Positions 22,401 to 33,997 of a stretch of DNA of 64,000 nt are shown piece by piece (the first letter of the stretch is position 1; every line of letters starts with the position of its first letter). Under the pieces are notes generated by a model that saw only the letters and a program-made list of their open reading frames with translations, ran no database searches and was not told the DNA's origin. Source of the stretch: an uncultured delta proteobacterium (GTDB lineage: Bacteria; Myxococcota_A; Polyangia; Polyangiales; Houyiibacteriaceae); contig CAVOVB010000001.1 in the NCBI GenBank assembly GCA_963699755.1, positions 1,856,001 to 1,920,000 of the forward strand, in the 5' to 3' direction. The position numbers were made by a program, and so were the translations under genes.

Positions 22401-23044
22401 AGACCCGCCGCAACCCTGTACGCCGCTTCGGTGCTTTCCGCAATTTGCTCGAGCGTGGCGCCGTCGCCCAGCTCGACCAACGTCATGCCACCGCCGCCCT
22501 TCTTGTCGATCTCGAACACACCGAGGTCGGTGATGAGCAAGTCGACCACGTGGGTGCCGGTTAGTGGCAGGGTGCAGCGCTTCAAGAGCTTGGGCTTGCC
22601 CTTGGCCGTGTGTTCCATCACCACGACGACGCGAGGAACGCCTGCGACCAAGTCCATGGCTCCACCCATCCCCTTGACCATTTTGCCGGGGATCATCCAG
22701 TTCGCGAGGTCGCCGTTTTCCGCAACCTGCATCGCCCCCAGGATGGAAAGATCGATGTGCCCGCCGCGAATCATGGCAAACGACTCGGCGCTCGAGAAGA
22801 AGCTCGTCGTGGGCAGCTCGGTCACCGTCTGCTTACCGGCGTTGATCAAGTCCGCGTCCTCATCGCCTTCGTAAGGGAACGGGCCCATCCCGAGCATGCC
22901 GTTTTCGCTTTGCAGCTGGACGGTCATCCCGGCTGGAATGTGGTTCGAGACGAGGGTCGGTATGCCGATTCCGAGATTCACATAAAAGCCGTCGCGAAGC
23001 TCTCGCGCGGCACGTGCAGCCATTTGTTCACGGTTCCAAGCCAT
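22397..23044 (-). CDS. scoB: 3-oxoacid CoA-transferase subunit B
   Basis: VNLGIGIPT, the catalytic SENG motif and GMGGAMDLV. Confidence 0.95.
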   Translation of the reverse strand: MAWNREQMAARAARELRDGFYVNLGIGIPTLVSNHIPAGMTVQLQSENGMLGMGPFPYEGDEDADLINAGKQTVTELPTTSFFSSAESFAMIRGGHIDLSILGAMQVAENGDLANWMIPGKMVKGMGGAMDLVAGVPRVVVVMEHTAKGKPKLLKRCTLPLTGTHVVDLLITDLGVFEIDKKGGGGMTLVELGDGATLEQIAESTEAAYRVAAGL

Positions 23045-23054
23045 CGTCTTCTCC

Positions 23055-23759
23055 TCAGGCGCGCGGGCGCGTGGTCCGTTGCTCGATGTGCTTCGAGGGG
23101 TTTGGGTAGTGAACGATGCGATCGACGTAGATGCCCGGGGTCATGATCTGATCGGGCTCCAACTCGCCGGCCTCGACGAGATGCTCGACCTCGGCGACGG
23201 TCACTTTGCCCGCCGTGGCCATCATCGGGTTGAAGTTCCGCGCAGTCTTTCGGTAGATTAGATTCCCCTCCGTATCACCCTTCCACGCATGCACGATTGC
23301 CAGGTCGGCGACCAGCCCCCGCTCCATCACGTACGGCTCGCCGTCGAACTCGCGGACCTCTTTGCCCTCGGCGACCGAGGTCCCGACACCGGTCCTGGTG
23401 AAAAACGCCGGAATCCCAGCGCCACCCGCGCGAATTCGCTCGGCCAAGGTGCCTTGTGGGTTGAACTCGACCGTCAGATCGCCATCGAGGAACTGTTTCG
23501 CGAAGAGCTTGTTTTCACCCACATACGACGAGACCATCTTCACGATCTGACGCGTTTCCAACATCACTCCGAGACCGACGCCATCGACGCCAGCGTTGTT
23601 CGAGATCACCGTCAGGCCTTTCACACCGGACTTCGCAACGGCTTCGATCAGTGCCTCGGGTATACCGCACAGGCCGAAACCACCGGACATCAAGGTCATG
23701 TTGTTGCTGAGCAGCCCATCGAGGGCGGAGGTCGCGTCTGGGTACACCTTCTTGGCCAT
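23055..23759 (-). CDS. scoA: 3-oxoacid CoA-transferase subunit A
   Basis: [29 protein letters not shown] and KTARNFNP. Confidence 0.95.
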   Translation of the reverse strand: MAKKVYPDATSALDGLLSNNMTLMSGGFGLCGIPEALIEAVAKSGVKGLTVISNNAGVDGVGLGVMLETRQIVKMVSSYVGENKLFAKQFLDGDLTVEFNPQGTLAERIRAGGAGIPAFFTRTGVGTSVAEGKEVREFDGEPYVMERGLVADLAIVHAWKGDTEGNLIYRKTARNFNPMMATAGKVTVAEVEHLVEAGELEPDQIMTPGIYVDRIVHYPNPSKHIEQRTTRPRA

Positions 23760-23803
23760 GGCTGGTCTTTACCTCCGGCTTCCGCGGCTGACAATCTCGA
23801 ACC

Positions 23804-24661
23804 CTAGTTGAAGCCCAGCATCTCTCTGGCTTCCGTCGGCGATGCGACCTCTCTGCCAGCATTGCGCGCACACTGGGCCAGCGCTTCGATCAGCTGTCCG
23901 TTGCCCGTCGTTTTGTCACCGTTCGGCAGGTAGAAAGTGTCCTCGACGCCAGTTCGGAGCATGCCTCCGAGCTCGGCGGCCCGTTGGTGCGTTTCCCAGA
24001 TGTCTTCGCGGCCGATGAGCGTCGCTTGCCAGTGGGCGTCGCCGCTCTTGTACTTCATGAGGAGCTCGAGCAGCTCTGGATCACAAGGCATCCCCGATGC
24101 GACACCCATCACGAAGTTGTAATGCATCTCCTTGGCCATCCCGGCCCTGAGATAGAGTCCGACCGAACGCACGATTCCAACGTCGAAGCACTCCATCTCT
24201 GCGGTGGTGTGCGTCTCTTTCATCGCGTCCAGCATCTTTTGGACCTTGTCGACGCTGTTGAGAAACACCATCGGAGGCCAGGCCCAGGTGTTGTCCCTCT
24301 TGAGCTTCAGGTAGTTGAGGCTGCCCGCGTTGCAGGCGGCGATCTCTGGCTTGATTCGATGAAGGCAGGCGATCGGCCCAGAGACATCCTCGTCGATCAC
24401 GCCCGTTGTCTGATTGATGATGATGCCAGGGCAGGCCTGGCGGATCGCATCGCTCGCAGCCGCTGCAACCCCCGGATCCCAGGACGGAAAGTGCCCCATG
24501 CCCGGCTCCTGACGGCGAAAATGGATGTGCACGATCGAGGCGCCCGCGTTGTAAGCATCCCGCGCCGATGTGGCCATTTCTTCGGGAGTGACGGGAACAG
24601 GATGCTGTTTCGGGTTGGTGAGCACGCCGTTCAGCGCACAGGTGATGATCGCCTTGTCCAT
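23804..24661 (-). CDS. Beta-keto acid cleavage enzyme (BKACE/DUF849, Kce family)
   Basis: IITCALNG, PVTPEEM, AGASIVHIHFR and RTGVED. Confidence 0.93.
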   Translation of the reverse strand: MDKAIITCALNGVLTNPKQHPVPVTPEEMATSARDAYNAGASIVHIHFRRQEPGMGHFPSWDPGVAAAASDAIRQACPGIIINQTTGVIDEDVSGPIACLHRIKPEIAACNAGSLNYLKLKRDNTWAWPPMVFLNSVDKVQKMLDAMKETHTTAEMECFDVGIVRSVGLYLRAGMAKEMHYNFVMGVASGMPCDPELLELLMKYKSGDAHWQATLIGREDIWETHQRAAELGGMLRTGVEDTFYLPNGDKTTGNGQLIEALAQCARNAGREVASPTEAREMLGFN

Positions 24662-24706
24662 CTCCGTCCTCCGGCTTCGAGAGATTCAGCGCATTACTAG
24701 TCTAGG

Positions 24707-24722
24707 TTTACGTAAACGTCAA
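24707..24722. promoter_or_regulatory. LiuR-type operator
   Basis: TTTACGTAAACGTCAA differs by one base from the LiuR consensus TTTACGTwwACGTAAA and lies between the divergent regulator and BKACE genes. Confidence 0.8.
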
Positions 24723-24780
24723 GCTGCGCCCAGCGACGTAAGTCATCTGTTGATACAGCAAGCCCGTCGCGCTATGCTCC

Positions 24781-25248
24781 GTGCCGATGGCCTCGGCTTC
24801 GAAGACGACTGCTCGGAACGACACGGTAAAGGCGTTCGTCGAGGCCCACGGGGAGGGTCAGACGCCGGAATTGTTCTCGATTTCGGACCTCGCAGACGAG
24901 TTTGCGATCAGCCATCGTGCGATCCGTTTCTACGAGTCCAAAGGCTTGCTTTCACCAAAGCGGCTGAACGGCGCTCGAATCTACGCGCGTCGCGATCGTG
25001 CGCGCCTGCACATCATCGTTCGCGCGAAGTCGCTCGGCTATACGCTCGAGGAGACCAAGGACTACCTCGACCTCTATGGCCAACAGGGTGAGGGCCGCCT
25101 GAAGCAACTCGAGATTTCGGCGGCTCGAAGCGCAGAGATGATCGCCGAGCTCGAGGACAAGAAGCAGCAGATCGACGAGAAGATTGAAGAGCTGCGGCTC
25201 ATCAACAACGTGTGCCGCCGAAAGATTGCCGAGAAGAAGTCGCGCTGA
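24781..25248 (+). CDS. liuR: MerR-family regulator, LiuR-like
   Basis: ISDLADEFAISHRAIRFYESKGLLSP...IYARRDRARL...GYTLEE, with the matching operator next to it. Confidence 0.8.
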   Translation: MPMASASKTTARNDTVKAFVEAHGEGQTPELFSISDLADEFAISHRAIRFYESKGLLSPKRLNGARIYARRDRARLHIIVRAKSLGYTLEETKDYLDLYGQQGEGRLKQLEISAARSAEMIAELEDKKQQIDEKIEELRLINNVCRRKIAEKKSR

Positions 25249-25251
25249 GCC

Positions 25252-27036
25252 CTAGAACCAGTCCTGTTCCGCCCGGATGTAAGAGTCCTCGTTGGAGCGG
25301 CAGAGCTCTGCGAGCAGTGGGATGCGTGGGACCTCAGTCCGGATCCAATACTGCGCCGCTGCGTCGGTCCCATGTCTGCGCTTCTCGGAAATAGGCGCGG
25401 TACGCGCCGAAGCGGCCATCTTGAGCCATTGCCAGCCGATGACGAGGGTTGCGAACATGTCGAGGTAGTCCCAGCTGTGGCCGAGCATGCCGTCCGCATC
25501 TCCGGCCATGCCGCGCTGGCCGAGCTCCATGGTGATGGCGCCGACCGTGGCGACCGCGTCTTCGAGGGGTGAACAAAGCGCCGGATCGCAGCCCGCTTCC
25601 CGCGCACGAGCAATCGTAAGGCCGATCTCCTCGGCCAACGCCCGCAGCGGGGCACCGCCTTTGGACATGACCTGCCGGCCGAGCAGATCCATGCTTTGGA
25701 TCCCATTGGTTCCTTCATGAATCGTGTTCAGCTTCTGATCACGCATGTAGGCTTCGGGAAGGTATTCGCTCGTGTAGCCGTAGCCGCCGTGGATTTGAAC
25801 AGAGAGCACATTGGATTCGAAGCCTCGCTCGGCGGGAAAGGTCTTCGCAACTGGGGTGAGCAAGTTGAGCAACAGACCAGCGCGCTCCCGGTCCTCTTCC
25901 GATGCGCCATGCGCAGCGACGTCCGCGTAGCGGGAGACGGTGCCTAGCAAGGCCAGGCTGCCCTCGATGATTGCTTTTTGGCGCAACAGCATCCGACGAA
26001 CGTCGGCGTGCTCGACGATCGATACCTGTTCGCCGTCGCGCCGGCCCGGCGTGCGCCCCTGCTTGCGGTCGAGCGCGTACAGTCGCGACTCGTGATATGC
26101 AGCCGAAGCCGTAGCAAAGCCGTTGACGCCCACCATGATGCGGGCCTCGTTCATCATCTGAAACATGCAGCGAAGGCCTTGATTGGGTTCTCCGACGAGC
26201 CAGCCCCTGCAGTCGCCTTCGTCGCCGAACTCCAACGCCAGGCTTGGAAGTCCCCGCCAACCGATCTTGTGAATCATGCCGGCCACCGTCACGTCGTTGG
26301 AGACGAGGCGACCGTCTTCTTCACGAAGCCTCGGGATTGCGAACAAGGAAATCCCCTTGGTCCCCTCGGGCGCGCCTTTGATTCGGGCCAGGGTGAGGTT
26401 GACGACGTTGTCGGTGATGCCGTGATCCGCACCGGAGATGAAGATCTTACTGCCCTTGATCAGGTAGTGACCGTCGTTCGTAGGCGTTGCCGTCGTGTTG
26501 ATGTCGCCGAGGCTGCTTCCGGCCTGTGGCTCGGTGAGGGCCATTGTCCCGGTCCACTCACCTTCATACATGCGCGCCAAGAAGAGCTCTTTGACCTCAT
26601 CGGAACCAAAGGCTTCGATCAAATGCCCCGCCCCCAAGGTCAGACCGATGTAACCGTACGCGCTCAGGTTGGCCGCCATGAGGTACGCGCTCGCCATCCA
26701 GTGGATCAGCATGGGCATCTGCTGACCACCGAGCGATTCGGGGCGGGTCGCGGTGAGCACCCCTAGGTCGATCATCTTTTCGTAGAGCTCGGGAAGTGCG
26801 GGATGGGTACGGATTCGCCCGTCGCGAAACACCGGAGGCTCTTCATCCATCGGCTTGTATGTAGGCAGGAGGTCCTGACGCGAGAATCGCCGGACGCTGT
26901 CGATGTAGAGGTCGAACGTCTCCTTGGAGTGCTGCCGATAGGCTTCGAGCTCGCAGAGCGACTCGGCGTCGAGCACCGAGTAGAGAAGAAAATCGACGAG
27001 ACCATCGTCGATCAGGGGATTGCTTTGTGTTGCCAT
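25252..27036 (-). CDS. Acyl-CoA dehydrogenase (long, about 590-aa type)
   Basis: [34 protein letters not shown] and IHEGTNGIQ. Confidence 0.93.
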   Translation of the reverse strand: MATQSNPLIDDGLVDFLLYSVLDAESLCELEAYRQHSKETFDLYIDSVRRFSRQDLLPTYKPMDEEPPVFRDGRIRTHPALPELYEKMIDLGVLTATRPESLGGQQMPMLIHWMASAYLMAANLSAYGYIGLTLGAGHLIEAFGSDEVKELFLARMYEGEWTGTMALTEPQAGSSLGDINTTATPTNDGHYLIKGSKIFISGADHGITDNVVNLTLARIKGAPEGTKGISLFAIPRLREEDGRLVSNDVTVAGMIHKIGWRGLPSLALEFGDEGDCRGWLVGEPNQGLRCMFQMMNEARIMVGVNGFATASAAYHESRLYALDRKQGRTPGRRDGEQVSIVEHADVRRMLLRQKAIIEGSLALLGTVSRYADVAAHGASEEDRERAGLLLNLLTPVAKTFPAERGFESNVLSVQIHGGYGYTSEYLPEAYMRDQKLNTIHEGTNGIQSMDLLGRQVMSKGGAPLRALAEEIGLTIARAREAGCDPALCSPLEDAVATVGAITMELGQRGMAGDADGMLGHSWDYLDMFATLVIGWQWLKMAASARTAPISEKRRHGTDAAAQYWIRTEVPRIPLLAELCRSNEDSYIRAEQDWF

Positions 27037-27129
27037 GTGCTTCGGCTTCCTCAGTTCGGCGAAACCTAGCACCGGAACTGCATACTTCCCGCGTGAATTG
27101 TCTCGACGCATGCGGTATCAACCCCAACT

Positions 27130-28337
27130 ATGGATTTCACGCATTCCGAGCGGGCTCAAAACGTGATGGCGCAGGCGGAGCGTTTCGTCCGCGAGCGCGT
27201 CGTGCCCAACGAGCAGACCTATCTCGACCAGCTCGTCGGCACCGACGATTGGCGAGACTGGAAGATTCCCCCAATCGTCGAAGAGCTAAAAGCCGAAGCA
27301 AAAGAGCTCGGGCTTTGGAACCTCTTCTTGCCCGACGAGGAGTACGGTGCCGGCCTGGACAACCGCGACTACGCGCCCGTCGCCGAGATCACTGGGCGAA
27401 GCTTTCTGGCGCCGGAGGTGTTCAACTGCAGCGCGCCCGATACTGGCAACGCCGAGGTCCTGGTGAAGTACGGTTCTGACGAGCAGAAGAAACGGTGGCT
27501 CGAGCCGCTCCTCGATGGGAAAATCCGTTCCGCCTTTGCCATGACAGAACCGGCAGTCGCATCGAGCGATGCGACCAACATGCAAGCCACTTGCGAGGTC
27601 GTTGGTGACGAAGTCGTGCTCAACGGCCAAAAGTGGTGGACGAGTGGGGCCGGTGATCCCCGCTGCGGCTTTTACATTTTCATGGGCGTCACCGATGCAA
27701 ATGCCAGCCGCCACGAACGTCATTCGATGGTGCTGGTGCCCGCCGACGCCAAGGGTGTGAAGGTTCTGCGAATGTTGCCCGTGTTCGGTCACCTCGATGA
27801 GCCACACGGGCACGCCGAGGTCCTTTTCGACGACGTGCGTCTTCCGGTGAGCGCCATCGTCGCAGGGCCGGGCCGTGGCTTCGAAATCGCCCAAGGCCGC
27901 CTCGGGCCTGGACGCATCCATCACTGCATGCGGGCGATCGGCGCGGCGGAGCGAGCCCTCGAGCGCCTCTGCCAGCGCGCCGTGCTTCGGGTCGCTTCGG
28001 CAAGCCGCTTTCGAACCTCGGCGGCAACCGAGACATCATTGCGAACAGCCGCATGGCGATCGACCAGGCCCGTCTACTGACGATGAAGGCCGCCTGGGCG
28101 CTCGACACGATGGGCACCTTCGGCGCCTTGGTCGACATCTCCGCCATCAAAGTCATCGCGCCCAATGTGCTGCAGTCGGTGGTCGATGCGGCGATTCAGA
28201 TCCATGGCGGTGAGGGTATGTCCGACCTCGAGCTCACGCGCCTGCTGGCGATGGCGCGCGCTCTACGAATTGCCGACGGCCCGGATGAAGTGCACCGCGG
28301 CATGGTCGCGCGGCTCGAGCTCAAGAAGTACGTCTAG
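27130..28337 (+). CDS. Acyl-CoA dehydrogenase (ACAD10/11-like; frameshift near 27995)
   Basis: [37 protein letters not shown] and [11 protein letters not shown]. Confidence 0.9.
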
Positions 28338-28339
28338 GC

Positions 28340-29047
28340 TCAGCGAAAGAGCAAGCCCACGTACGGCGTGACCCACTGCTCGCGCTGAAAGAAAAAGCTA
28401 CCAGGCCCCGTCAGCGAGTATTTGACGCCGAGGTCGATGTAGCTTCCGCTCGCTACCCGGATCGCGAGGCCTATCTTCGCGGTCATGCCGGGAGTGAAGC
28501 GGAAGACTGCGATTCGTGCGCAGTAGTAGTAAATGTTGCCGGTGCAGACCACGTTCGTTTCCGCTACGCGCCACCAGTTCGCATCGAAGCTGATGCCCAG
28601 ATACGGCAGGAGAGGGGTGTTGTTTGGCACCTGAACGCGCACCTCGGGCGCGAGGTAGAGGCGGGTCATCGGCCGACGGTCAAAGCCCGGGTCGATGCCG
28701 GGGATGTTGTAGAAGTTGATCGGCGTCCACATTGCGCCGAGCCCGAGGCCGAAAACCACGTAGCCCATGTCGAAGCCGCCGAAGCCGTTCAGATCCACGC
28801 CCGGTCGGACCACGTCTCTGTCGGCGTTCAACCATATCGGGACCCCAAGGCTGAAAGAGCCCTGATAGCCCCGGTGCGAGGCTCGCTGCTCGACGGATGG
28901 CTGAGGCGGGTACTGTTCAACCGGGCGAGTCGTGTAGGGCGAAGTTTGAGAGGGCTCGTAGGACCAGGCTCCCTGCGCCGATGCCACCGAACCGAAAAGA
29001 AGCAGCGCCAGCGGCCCCAGAAGTGAAAAGAATCGCGTGTCGATCAT
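28340..29047 (-). CDS. Exported protein, probably an outer-membrane beta-barrel
   Basis: Signal peptide ending ASA-Q, Pro/Gln linker, alternating amphipathic strands and C-terminal YVGLLFR. Confidence 0.6.
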   Translation of the reverse strand: MIDTRFFSLLGPLALLLFGSVASAQGAWSYEPSQTSPYTTRPVEQYPPQPSVEQRASHRGYQGSFSLGVPIWLNADRDVVRPGVDLNGFGGFDMGYVVFGLGLGAMWTPINFYNIPGIDPGFDRRPMTRLYLAPEVRVQVPNNTPLLPYLGISFDANWWRVAETNVVCTGNIYYYCARIAVFRFTPGMTAKIGLAIRVASGSYIDLGVKYSLTGPGSFFFQREQWVTPYVGLLFR

Positions 29048-29256
29048 GTTTTGTTCATCCAGCGGGCGAGTTTGCGAACCAGAAATCGTGGGCTGAACCG
29101 CACGCTGAATGCAGTCAGCCAGTTCATCAGGCCCGTTTCTCTTTGGTCCATGCTTAGCTCCTTGGCGCTCGGATTCCTGCATGAGCATCCGCGAGTCCTG
29201 TGACACGTTACCGTGCTCCTCTCAAGACTCGATCCGGAAAAGCAACAGGAACATCC

Positions 29257-30437
29257 ATGGCTGAGTCACGACATCCCGATTGGGAGCCGATCACCGCGTA
29301 CGTCGCCGACATGTCGTATTTCAGCGGCAAGATGGAAGCGTACCTTCGCTACAAGGAGATTCCGTACGAGCGACGGGTCGTCGACATGAAGGTCATGCGC
29401 GACGAGATCCTCCCGGCGACCGGCCTCATGAAGGTGCCGGTGCTCCGCTTGGCCAACGGGCAGTGGCTCAAAGACACGACGCCGATGATCGACTGGCTCG
29501 AGTCGGCGTACCCGGAGTCACCGGTGATTCCCCGGTACCCGTCCTCCGCTTCATGTCGAAGCTGGTCGAAGATTACGCCGACGAATGGTGCTGGCGGGCG
29601 GCGCTCTATTGGCGCTGGCAGCCGGTCGAATCTCGAAAGCTTCTCATGCATCGCATTGGGCACGAGGTGCTCGCCGATTTCCCGGCGCCCAAGTGGCTCG
29701 CCGGCTGGTACTACGGGCGCCGACAGATGGCGACCTACTTGCGAGGGGACGGAGTGAGCCCCGAAACCGCGCCGCAGGTTAAGCGACAGTACCTCGACCT
29801 GCTCGACGCCATGAGCGAGCTTCTCGAGGAACAGCCGTATCTGCTCGGTAGCCATCCGACACTCGTCGACATCGGTTTGTTCGGGCCGATGTTTCGGCAC
29901 TACGCGCAGGACCCTACGCCGAGCCGCGTGATGGAAGAGCGAGCACCTGCGGTTTACGCATGGGTGGGCGGCTGTGGAACGCGCGGGCGCATCGACTTGG
30001 GCGAGAGCCCATCCTCAGCGATTTTTCACAGCCGGGTTGGGAATACTTCCTTCGCGAGATCGCGCAGAGCTACTGGCCTTTCCTCGTGCGGAACGCGCGC
30101 GCTTGGGCAGTCGGGGAAGCACGGGTCGACCACCAAGCGCACGGCGTCACCTATCGCAAGCTCAAGGTCGTTCACTATCGCGTCTATTGCCTCGAAGTTC
30201 TTCAAAACGAGTATCGGCGTCTCAGCGAGCCCAATCGGAAGGCGGTCGACGAATTGCTGCGGCCCTACGGCTCGATCGGAGCTCGTCGACGGGCTCGACT
30301 CGGGGCTCATCGAGGAGCATCAGTTGCCGCTGCGACCCAATCGCGTCCAGCCTTCCAGGCTCATGCGAATGAAGCTGGCGCTCATGGGCACTCCATGGGA
30401 CATGCCGGTCACACCGAAGGAAAGAGAGAAAGCATGA
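29257..30437 (+). CDS. Glutathione S-transferase family protein (frameshifted)
   Basis: SYFSGKMEAYLRYKEIP, KVPV, DTTPMI, EDYADEW and YLLGSHPTLVDIGLFGP. Confidence 0.82.
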
Positions 30438-32147
30438 CGGACAAGGATTCCTTCACTCCGAACTGGTTCGAGGGGGCGCTTCCCAAGCGTTCGTATCGTT
30501 CGGCGTTCAAGTGGGGAGCGCCGGAGGCCTACAAGCACCCGAATCCGCGGCTCTACGCTTTGATGAAGGAGACCTTCGGACTCGATGACGCGTACTTCGA
30601 AAAGCCGCAGAATCTTGGCCTCGACGAGGTGACGGCGGACTCTTCGATTTCGCTCAGCTCCGAGCAGGTCAGCTTCTTTCGCCGCCTGCTGGGCGACGAA
30701 AACGTGAACGACGACGTCTACTCGAGGCTCCGCGTCTCGTACGGTAAAACGATGATCGACGCGCTTCGGCTGCGCGACCACGAGGTCGAAAATCTCCCTG
30801 ATTTGGTGCTTCACCCGCGCGACCGCGACGATGTCGAGCAAATCGTTCGCTACTGCCACGAGCAGGAAATTCCTCTCTATACCTACGCCGCCGGCTCGAG
30901 CGTGACACGTGGCACCGAGTGCGTGCGAGCCGGGGTTTCGATCCATCTCGGCACGCACATGAAACGCGTCCTGTCCCTCAACGTCGTCAATCAAACGGTC
31001 ACGGTGGAGCCTGGTATTCTCGGTCCGGATCTCGAAGCAGCCCTCAACGGTGCCCGTGAGGGTTTCAACGCGCCGCACGCGTATACCTGCGGTCATTTTC
31101 CGCAGTCGTTCGAGTTCTCGTCGGCAGGTGGCTGGGTGGTGACGCGCGGCGCAGGGCAGAACTCCACGTACTACGGCAAGGCGGAAGATCTGGTGCTGAG
31201 TCAGGAGTACATCACGCCCGTTGGCGCCATCGAAACCGTCGACGTCCCTGCATATTCGACCGGACCCAACCTCGATCAGATCATGATCGGAAGCGAAGGA
31301 GCGTACGGGATCTTGGTGGCGGTGACCTTGAAAGTCTTTCGCTATCAGCCCGAGAACACGCGCCGCTTCAGCTTCATCTTTCCGGATTGGAAGAGCGGGA
31401 CGGCCGCGGTGCGCGAGATCATGCAGGGTGAGTTTGGTGTTCCATCCGTCTTCCGATTGTCCGATCCGGAGGAAACCGACGTTGCCTTCAAGCTCTATGG
31501 GGTCGAGGGCACGCCGATCGACACGCTCGTCAGTCTGCGAGGTTTCAAAAAGGGCGAGCGTTGTCTGATGCTCGGAACCGTCGACGGAGACCGCGCCTAC
31601 ACGGCAATGGTCAAACGGCGCCTTCGCCAGGTCTGCAACGCGCATGGCGGGATGTACACCACCGGATTCATCACCAAGAAGTGGGAGCACGGTCGTTTTG
31701 CCGATCCGTACATGCGCGAGGACCTGCAGGACTACGGCATTCTCATCGACACCCTCGAGTGCGCCACCAACTGGGAGGAGCTCCCGAAAGTGCACGAGCA
31801 CGTCCGGGCGTACGTGAAGAGCCGACCGCAGACGGTCTGTATGACGCACATGTCCCACTGCTACCCGCAGGGCGCGAATCTATACTTCATCTTCATCGCG
31901 AAGATGGGTCACCAGGAGTTCCTGGAGTTTCACCGTGGCATCCTCGATGCCGTCCAGGCTTCCGGCGCAACCATGAGCCATCATCATGGCATCGGAAAGA
32001 TGACCGCGCCCTGGCTGGAAGGCCAGATCGGACGTAATGAGCTCGCGGTGTTTCGGGCCCTCAAGCGGCACTTCGATCCCCGAAACGTGCTCAACCCAGG
32101 CGGCACCCTCGCGCTCGATCTGCCGGATGACCAACGCCGCTGCCTGA
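30434..32147 (+). CDS. FAD-binding oxidoreductase, alkylglycerone-phosphate synthase-like
   Basis: GSSVT, GHFPQSFEFSS.GGW, GSEGAYG, HMSHCYPQGANLYF, SHHHGIGK and FDPRNVLNPG. The natural stop seems lost to an indel, so the end is approximate. Confidence 0.85.
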
Positions 32148-32215
32148 GCGCCGCCATTGGAAAATTGTGCCGGCGATCGACAGCACGGGTTACGCAGGAC
32201 CCTCTAAATCCTCCG

Positions 32216-33020
32216 ATGAGCTTACGAAGTGTCGTCGGCAGCTCCCTCGGAACAGTGCTGGTCTTCATGACTGGCATGGGCTGCGCGTCCAAGTCTTGTC
32301 CCCCATGCGACGCGGCAGCCGTGTCTGCCAAGAAGTCCGAGGGCTCGGGCGGTGAGTCGGCCTCTGGGGTGTACTACGCGCTACCCGGCCTGGAGCATGG
32401 ACTACTCCAGTCCCCGGTGAACATCCTTTCCGGCGAGGCCGAAGACGGGCGCCACACTATCCATTTCAGTGTTGGAGATGGTGCAGACCAGGTACAGAAT
32501 CTCGGACACACCGTGCAGCTCGACTTCCGGAGGGGCATCACGACGGAGTTCGATGGCAACAGGTACGAGTTCATGCAGCTTCATTTTCACACGCCCTCCG
32601 AGCATCTCGTCGACGGAATCACCTATCCCATGGAGATGCACTTGGTGCATTCACGTCCCGGTCTTTCGTCCGATGATCCACCCAACTACTTAGTCGTGGC
32701 ACTTCTCTTCCGGATGGGGAAGCCCAATCAATTCATCGAAGAGTTCCTCGATGCAATTCCGACGCAGGAAGGCCGTTCGGCCAAGCTCGACGAGGTGTTT
32801 GTCGAGGACGTGCTTGGTTCGGGCTTGGATGTCGAGAGCATTGACTATTTTCACTACCGTGGCTCGCTGACGACACCTCCGTACACCGAATGCGTCGATT
32901 GGATGGTAGCCAAACAGATCGTCGACGCGGGGCCAGCTCAAATCCAACGGATTCACCTCGTCGAGGGCGACAACGCGCGACACATTCAACGCCTGGGTGG
33001 CCGCGACGATCGACGAGTAG
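32216..33020 (+). CDS. Alpha-class carbonic anhydrase, lipoprotein
   Basis: Lipobox-like MGC, QSPVNI, GHTVQ, QLHFHTPSEH, EMHLVH and YRGSLTTPP. The TAG at 33018 is reached after a 1-nt indel. Confidence 0.9.
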
Positions 33021-33067
33021 CAAATGTTTTTCACCGCAGATCGCATCGACTGCGCTACGCTTCGCCG

Positions 33068-33986
33068 GTGACCGACTCCGAACATAGCGCGCTGCGCGAG
33101 CGGGTTTCCGGCCGTGCCGTCGCGATCACCGGCGCTTCGAGCGGGATTGGCGAAGCGCTGGCCAATCGGTTGGGGGACGCCGGGGCAAAGGTCCTGCTCG
33201 TCGCGCGATCCGCCGACAAGCTCGAAGACATGAAGCAAGAGCATCGAGGGGCGCGGCGGAACGGCATTCGCGTATCCTGGCGACTTATCGAACGCCGAGG
33301 ACACCGAGCGTCTGATCGCTGCCATTCTTGCTGACCACGGCCAAGTCGATATCCTCGTCAACAATGCAGGAATCTCGATTCGCCGAAGTGTCGCCAAGTC
33401 GTACGATCGGGTGCACGACTTCGAGCGGACGCTCGCTCTCAATTTCTTGGGCGCGGTGCGTCTCATCATGGGATTTCTTCCGGGTATGCGCGCACAGAAG
33501 AGCGGGCAGATCCTCAACGTGTCGACGATCGGGGTCCAGGTGAACGTTCCGCGCTACGGCGCTTACATCGCGAGCAAGGCGGCGCTCGACGCGTTCAGTC
33601 GAGTCCTGGCAGTCGAAGCGCTGAAGGACGGGGTCAAGGTCACGACGATCTACATGCCATTGGTCAAGACGCCGATGATGAAATCGACGACGATTTACGA
33701 CTCGTTTCCGATGCGGAGCGCCGTAGAAGCTGCCGACCTAGTGGCGGACGGCATCGTCCATCAGCCGAAACGGGTGGCCACCCCTGTCGGAAATCTATTC
33801 GAATTCGCCTATGGGGTGGCGCCGAACGTCGTCGATCGCATTCTGAACGCCGCATACCAGCTCTACCCTGAGTCGGGTGACAAAAAGGACCAGCGCGAGC
33901 CAGCAAGCGGCGACGCCGCGATGTTTCAGCGCGTGTTCAAGGCCGTTGCGCGTCGGGCGAGACGTCGAGCGTCTGGACGACGGTAA
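33068..33986 (+). CDS. SDR oxidoreductase, fatty acyl-CoA reductase (Acr1)-like (frameshift near 33243)
   Basis: TGASSGIG, NNAGISIRR, HDFERTLALN, YIASKAALDAF and IYMPLVKTPM. Confidence 0.85.
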
Positions 33987-33997
33987 CGGGCTGGGCA

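Noticed and set aside
29960..33334. 1124-aa ORF that looks like a GST-AGPS-carbonic anhydrase-SDR fusion
   Set aside because: Each part has its own start (30434, 32216, 33068), out-of-frame stops sit where each domain ends, and an internal lipoprotein signal is present. Indel read-through is the simpler explanation.
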